DNA of 34,373 nucleotides from Polyangia bacterium (GTDB lineage Bacteria; Myxococcota_A; Polyangia; Fen-1088): NCBI GenBank assembly GCA_035544495.1, contig DATKEU010000566.1, positions 1 to 34,373 of the forward strand, read 5' to 3'. Shown piece by piece: positions 32,319 to 34,373 of this stretch (position 1 is its first letter; each line of letters starts with the position of its first letter). The notes under the pieces were generated by a model. It saw only the letters and a program-made list of their open reading frames with translations, ran no database searches and was not told where the DNA came from. The position numbers and the translations under genes were made by a program.

Positions 32319-32786
32319 GTGCGACGCTGGCGGGGCCCGTGGATGGCGGTGTTGGCCTGGTACGCGCTGATCTTTGCCCTGTCGTCGGTGCCGGGGCGCG
32401 ATCTTCCCGAGATGCCGGCGCAGAACGCCGACAAATTCGTCCACGCCGCCGTCTACGCCGTGCTGGGCGCGCTCTGCCTGCGCGCGCTCCGCCGGAGCTT
32501 CGCGAAGCTGCAGGCGCCTGTCGCCGCCGTCTGCGCCGTGGCGCTGGCGACCCTCTTCGGCGTCAGCGACGAGCTTCATCAGCTGCTGACGCCCGGACGA
32601 AGCGCCGATCCGCACGACGTGATGGCCGACGCGATCGGCGCGGTCATCGGCGCGCTCGTGGTTCTGGCAATCGGTCGGCTTCGGCTGCTCGATCGCGGCG
32701 CGCGGAGAATAGATGAAAATCCAGCGCTGCCTTATGATGGCGCAAAGCCGGGCCGCGATGCTCCCCGACGAGAGAACCACCCATAG
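32319..32786 (+). CDS. VanZ-like family membrane protein
   Basis: WYALIFALSSVPG...DKFVHAAVYAVLGAL...GVSDELHQLLTPGRSADPHDVMADAIGAVIGALVV matches the VanZ pattern (DK..H, DE..Q..pgR, D...N/D..G). The alternative start is ATG 32343. Confidence 0.8.
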   Translation: MRRWRGPWMAVLAWYALIFALSSVPGRDLPEMPAQNADKFVHAAVYAVLGALCLRALRRSFAKLQAPVAAVCAVALATLFGVSDELHQLLTPGRSADPHDVMADAIGAVIGALVVLAIGRLRLLDRGARRIDENPALPYDGAKPGRDAPRRENHP

Positions 32787-33948
32787 CAATACGCCGGTGC
32801 TACCGACCGACGTCGAGGCGCTGGTGGCGGCCCCGGGGCGCGGCGTGGCGAAGCCGTTGGTGGCATTCCTGCGCTCCCAGAACATCAACGTGCAGACCGC
32901 CACCGACACCGACGGCGCGTTCGAGGAAGCGCTGCTGCACCCGCCCGACATCGTCCTCATCGACGATCGGATCCTGCCCACCGGCGGCATCGATCTGTGC
33001 CAGCGCCTGAAGTCGAACGTGCGCACGCACTTCGTTCCGGTGATCGTCTTCGTGCTGAACGACCTGCGGCACTTTCGCATCCGCGCCATCGCCGCCGGCG
33101 CCGACGCCGTCTTCACGCCGTCGACGGATGCGCAGGAGCGGCGCACGCGCCTGTGGGCGCTGCTGCGGACGCGCTCGCTGTTTCGCCAGATCGAACGCAA
33201 GCAGCGCACGCAGGGGTCGGAGATCGTCGACCGGCGCCGCTGGCTGAACCTGCTGTTGCAGGATCTGCAGCGTTCGGTGGCCGCGTTGCAAGGGCACGTC
33301 GACTTCATGGCCCGCTTCGCGCCGCCGCACGGCGATTCGCGCCGCGACGATTTTCAGGACAGCGTCGACGACGCCCGCTCGGTGATCGAGCTTCTGATGC
33401 TGAACGTGCGCACCGTGGCGGATTACGAGCGCAACGAGAGCGGGCAGCTGATCCAGAGCGAGACGACGTTCACGCTGGCCGAGCTGGCCCGCGAGGTCCA
33501 TCGCGACCTCGGGCGGCAGGGCACGCTGGCCGGACGCAAGCTGGCGCTGGCCCCGATGGCCAGGGGCACCGATCGCTTCGTGGTGGCCGACCGCGAGCTG
33601 TGCAAGCGCGCGGTGATGAATCTGGTGGTGCACGCCATCCTGCGCGGGCAGTCGACGCAGCCGATCGTCCTGCGCGTGTTGCCCGACGGCAGCTCGGCGC
33701 GGCTGACGGTCTCGATGCCGGGCGAGCCGCTGCGCCCCGACTGGCGGTCGATCTTCGAGCCGCACCTGCCGGCCTCCACGTCGTCCGCCGGCTACGGGCT
33801 GGGTCTGGCCATGGCGCGGGTCGTGGCGGCGCTGCACGGCGGTCGAGTCTGGATCGAGGAGGAGCCGCCCACGGGCTCGGCGTTCGTTTTCCAGCTGGGC
33901 CCGGAAGCCAGCACGGTCCAGGGCAACGGCAGGGCAGGCCGGGCATGA
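32713..33948 (+). CDS. Hybrid receiver + histidine-kinase-like protein with degenerate catalytic motifs (probable pseudo-REC/pseudo-HK)
   Basis: GGAG lies 5 nt upstream of ATG 32713, and the gene overlaps the VanZ 3' end by 74 nt. GTG 32797 is the alternative start. REC-like fold (DIVLIDDRILP...PVIVFVL...GADAVFTPS). DHp-like LLQDLQRSVAALQGHVDFM. CA-like VMNLVVHAIL...GYGLGLAMARVVAALHGGRVWIE. Confidence 0.75.
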   Translation: MKIQRCLMMAQSRAAMLPDERTTHSNTPVLPTDVEALVAAPGRGVAKPLVAFLRSQNINVQTATDTDGAFEEALLHPPDIVLIDDRILPTGGIDLCQRLKSNVRTHFVPVIVFVLNDLRHFRIRAIAAGADAVFTPSTDAQERRTRLWALLRTRSLFRQIERKQRTQGSEIVDRRRWLNLLLQDLQRSVAALQGHVDFMARFAPPHGDSRRDDFQDSVDDARSVIELLMLNVRTVADYERNESGQLIQSETTFTLAELAREVHRDLGRQGTLAGRKLALAPMARGTDRFVVADRELCKRAVMNLVVHAILRGQSTQPIVLRVLPDGSSARLTVSMPGEPLRPDWRSIFEPHLPASTSSAGYGLGLAMARVVAALHGGRVWIEEEPPTGSAFVFQLGPEASTVQGNGRAGRA

Positions 33949-34373
33949 CGCCGGTGGGGCAGGCCGCAGGGATCGCACGTCTCACCCGGCGGGCGTTTCT
34001 CCCCGCGGTTCTGGTGGCCCTGGCAGCTGCGGGGCCGGCTGCGCTGGCCGCCGCGCCTCCCGGCAAGATCGACGAGCTCTGTCACGCGCTGCTGGAGGAC
34101 ACGAACTACAAGGTCCGGGTGCAGGCGGCGCTGGTGCTGGGACGGCTGCGCGATCTCAGCGCGGTGCCGTCGCTGACGCGGGCCCTCGATGATCCGAACA
34201 AGACGGTGCGCGCCATCGCCGCCCAGGCGCTGGGGCAGATCGCCGATCCATCGGCACTGGATCCGCTGAAGGCGCTCTTGAGACGGGAGAGCGACGCCTT
34301 CGTCCGCAAGGAAACGGAGAAAGCGGTCGCCCTCCTCGGCAGCACCGGAGGGCCCGGCGCCACCGCCAACAAG
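33945..34373 (+). CDS. Tat-signal HEAT-repeat (PBS-lyase-type) protein, 3'-truncated by the window edge
   Basis: This gene is not in the ORF track because no stop falls in the window. The ATG overlaps the upstream stop (ATGA). Hand translation gives MTPVGQAAGIARLTRRAFLPAVLVALAAAGPAALAAA... (twin-arginine TRRAFL). It continues with VRVQAALVLGRLRDLSAVPSLTRALDDPNKTVRAIAAQALGQIADPSALDPLKALL, which are HEAT_2-like repeats. Confidence 0.75.
   Translation, partial: MTPVGQAAGIARLTRRAFLPAVLVALAAAGPAALAAAPPGKIDELCHALLEDTNYKVRVQAALVLGRLRDLSAVPSLTRALDDPNKTVRAIAAQALGQIADPSALDPLKALLRRESDAFVRKETEKAVALLGSTGGPGATANK

Noticed and set aside
1..34373. tRNA, rRNA, CRISPR arrays, transposases, integrases, phage genes or known defence-system genes
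   Set aside because: No cloverleaf-like or T-loop (GGTTCGAATCC-type) sequences are present. There are no regularly spaced repeats beyond the in-frame coding repeat at 98..202 and the short promoter-region repeats. I recognised no DDE, tyrosine or serine recombinase motifs in any frame. The window looks like core chromosome rather than a mobile island.

Overview
This is a very GC-rich bacterial chromosomal segment (codon third positions are almost all G/C). The gene content points to a Myxococcota-like diderm: Ser/Thr-kinase-like, PilZ, TPR, CarboxypepD_reg-type and degenerate two-component proteins. That taxonomic guess is inference only. Most of the window is housekeeping or envelope core:
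- a 5'-truncated SPOR protein
- a TamB-like/Omp85 pair on the minus strand
- polA
- a TPR-zincin lipoprotein plus a TPR anchor protein
- a family-5 solute-binding protein with no transporter partners
- a same-strand run of small ORF, SDR epimerase, yicC, gmk and rel
- a zinc-ribbon kinase-like membrane protein
- a minus-strand run of tmk, PDZ lipoprotein and a degenerate MDR-like protein
- PilZ and VanZ genes
- a degenerate REC-histidine-kinase hybrid coupled to a Tat/HEAT protein that runs off the 3' edge

The best candidate for an uncharacterised system is a tightly coupled four-gene minus-strand module at about 24.4-28.0 kb. It encodes an SxtJ-like membrane protein, a 50-aa SxtK/DUF5989-like micro-protein, a NodU/CmcH carbamoyltransferase and a membrane-anchored SGNH hydrolase. 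The micro-protein is absent from the supplied ORF track and I found it by hand translation. The module appears to have its own promoter.

I saw no tRNA, rRNA, CRISPR array, transposase or integrase. Many long ORFs in the track are alternate-frame or antisense artefacts of high GC. Several true genes start well inside their listed ORFs, and I re-derived those starts from the sequence. All family assignments rest on motifs recognised by eye, not on searches.
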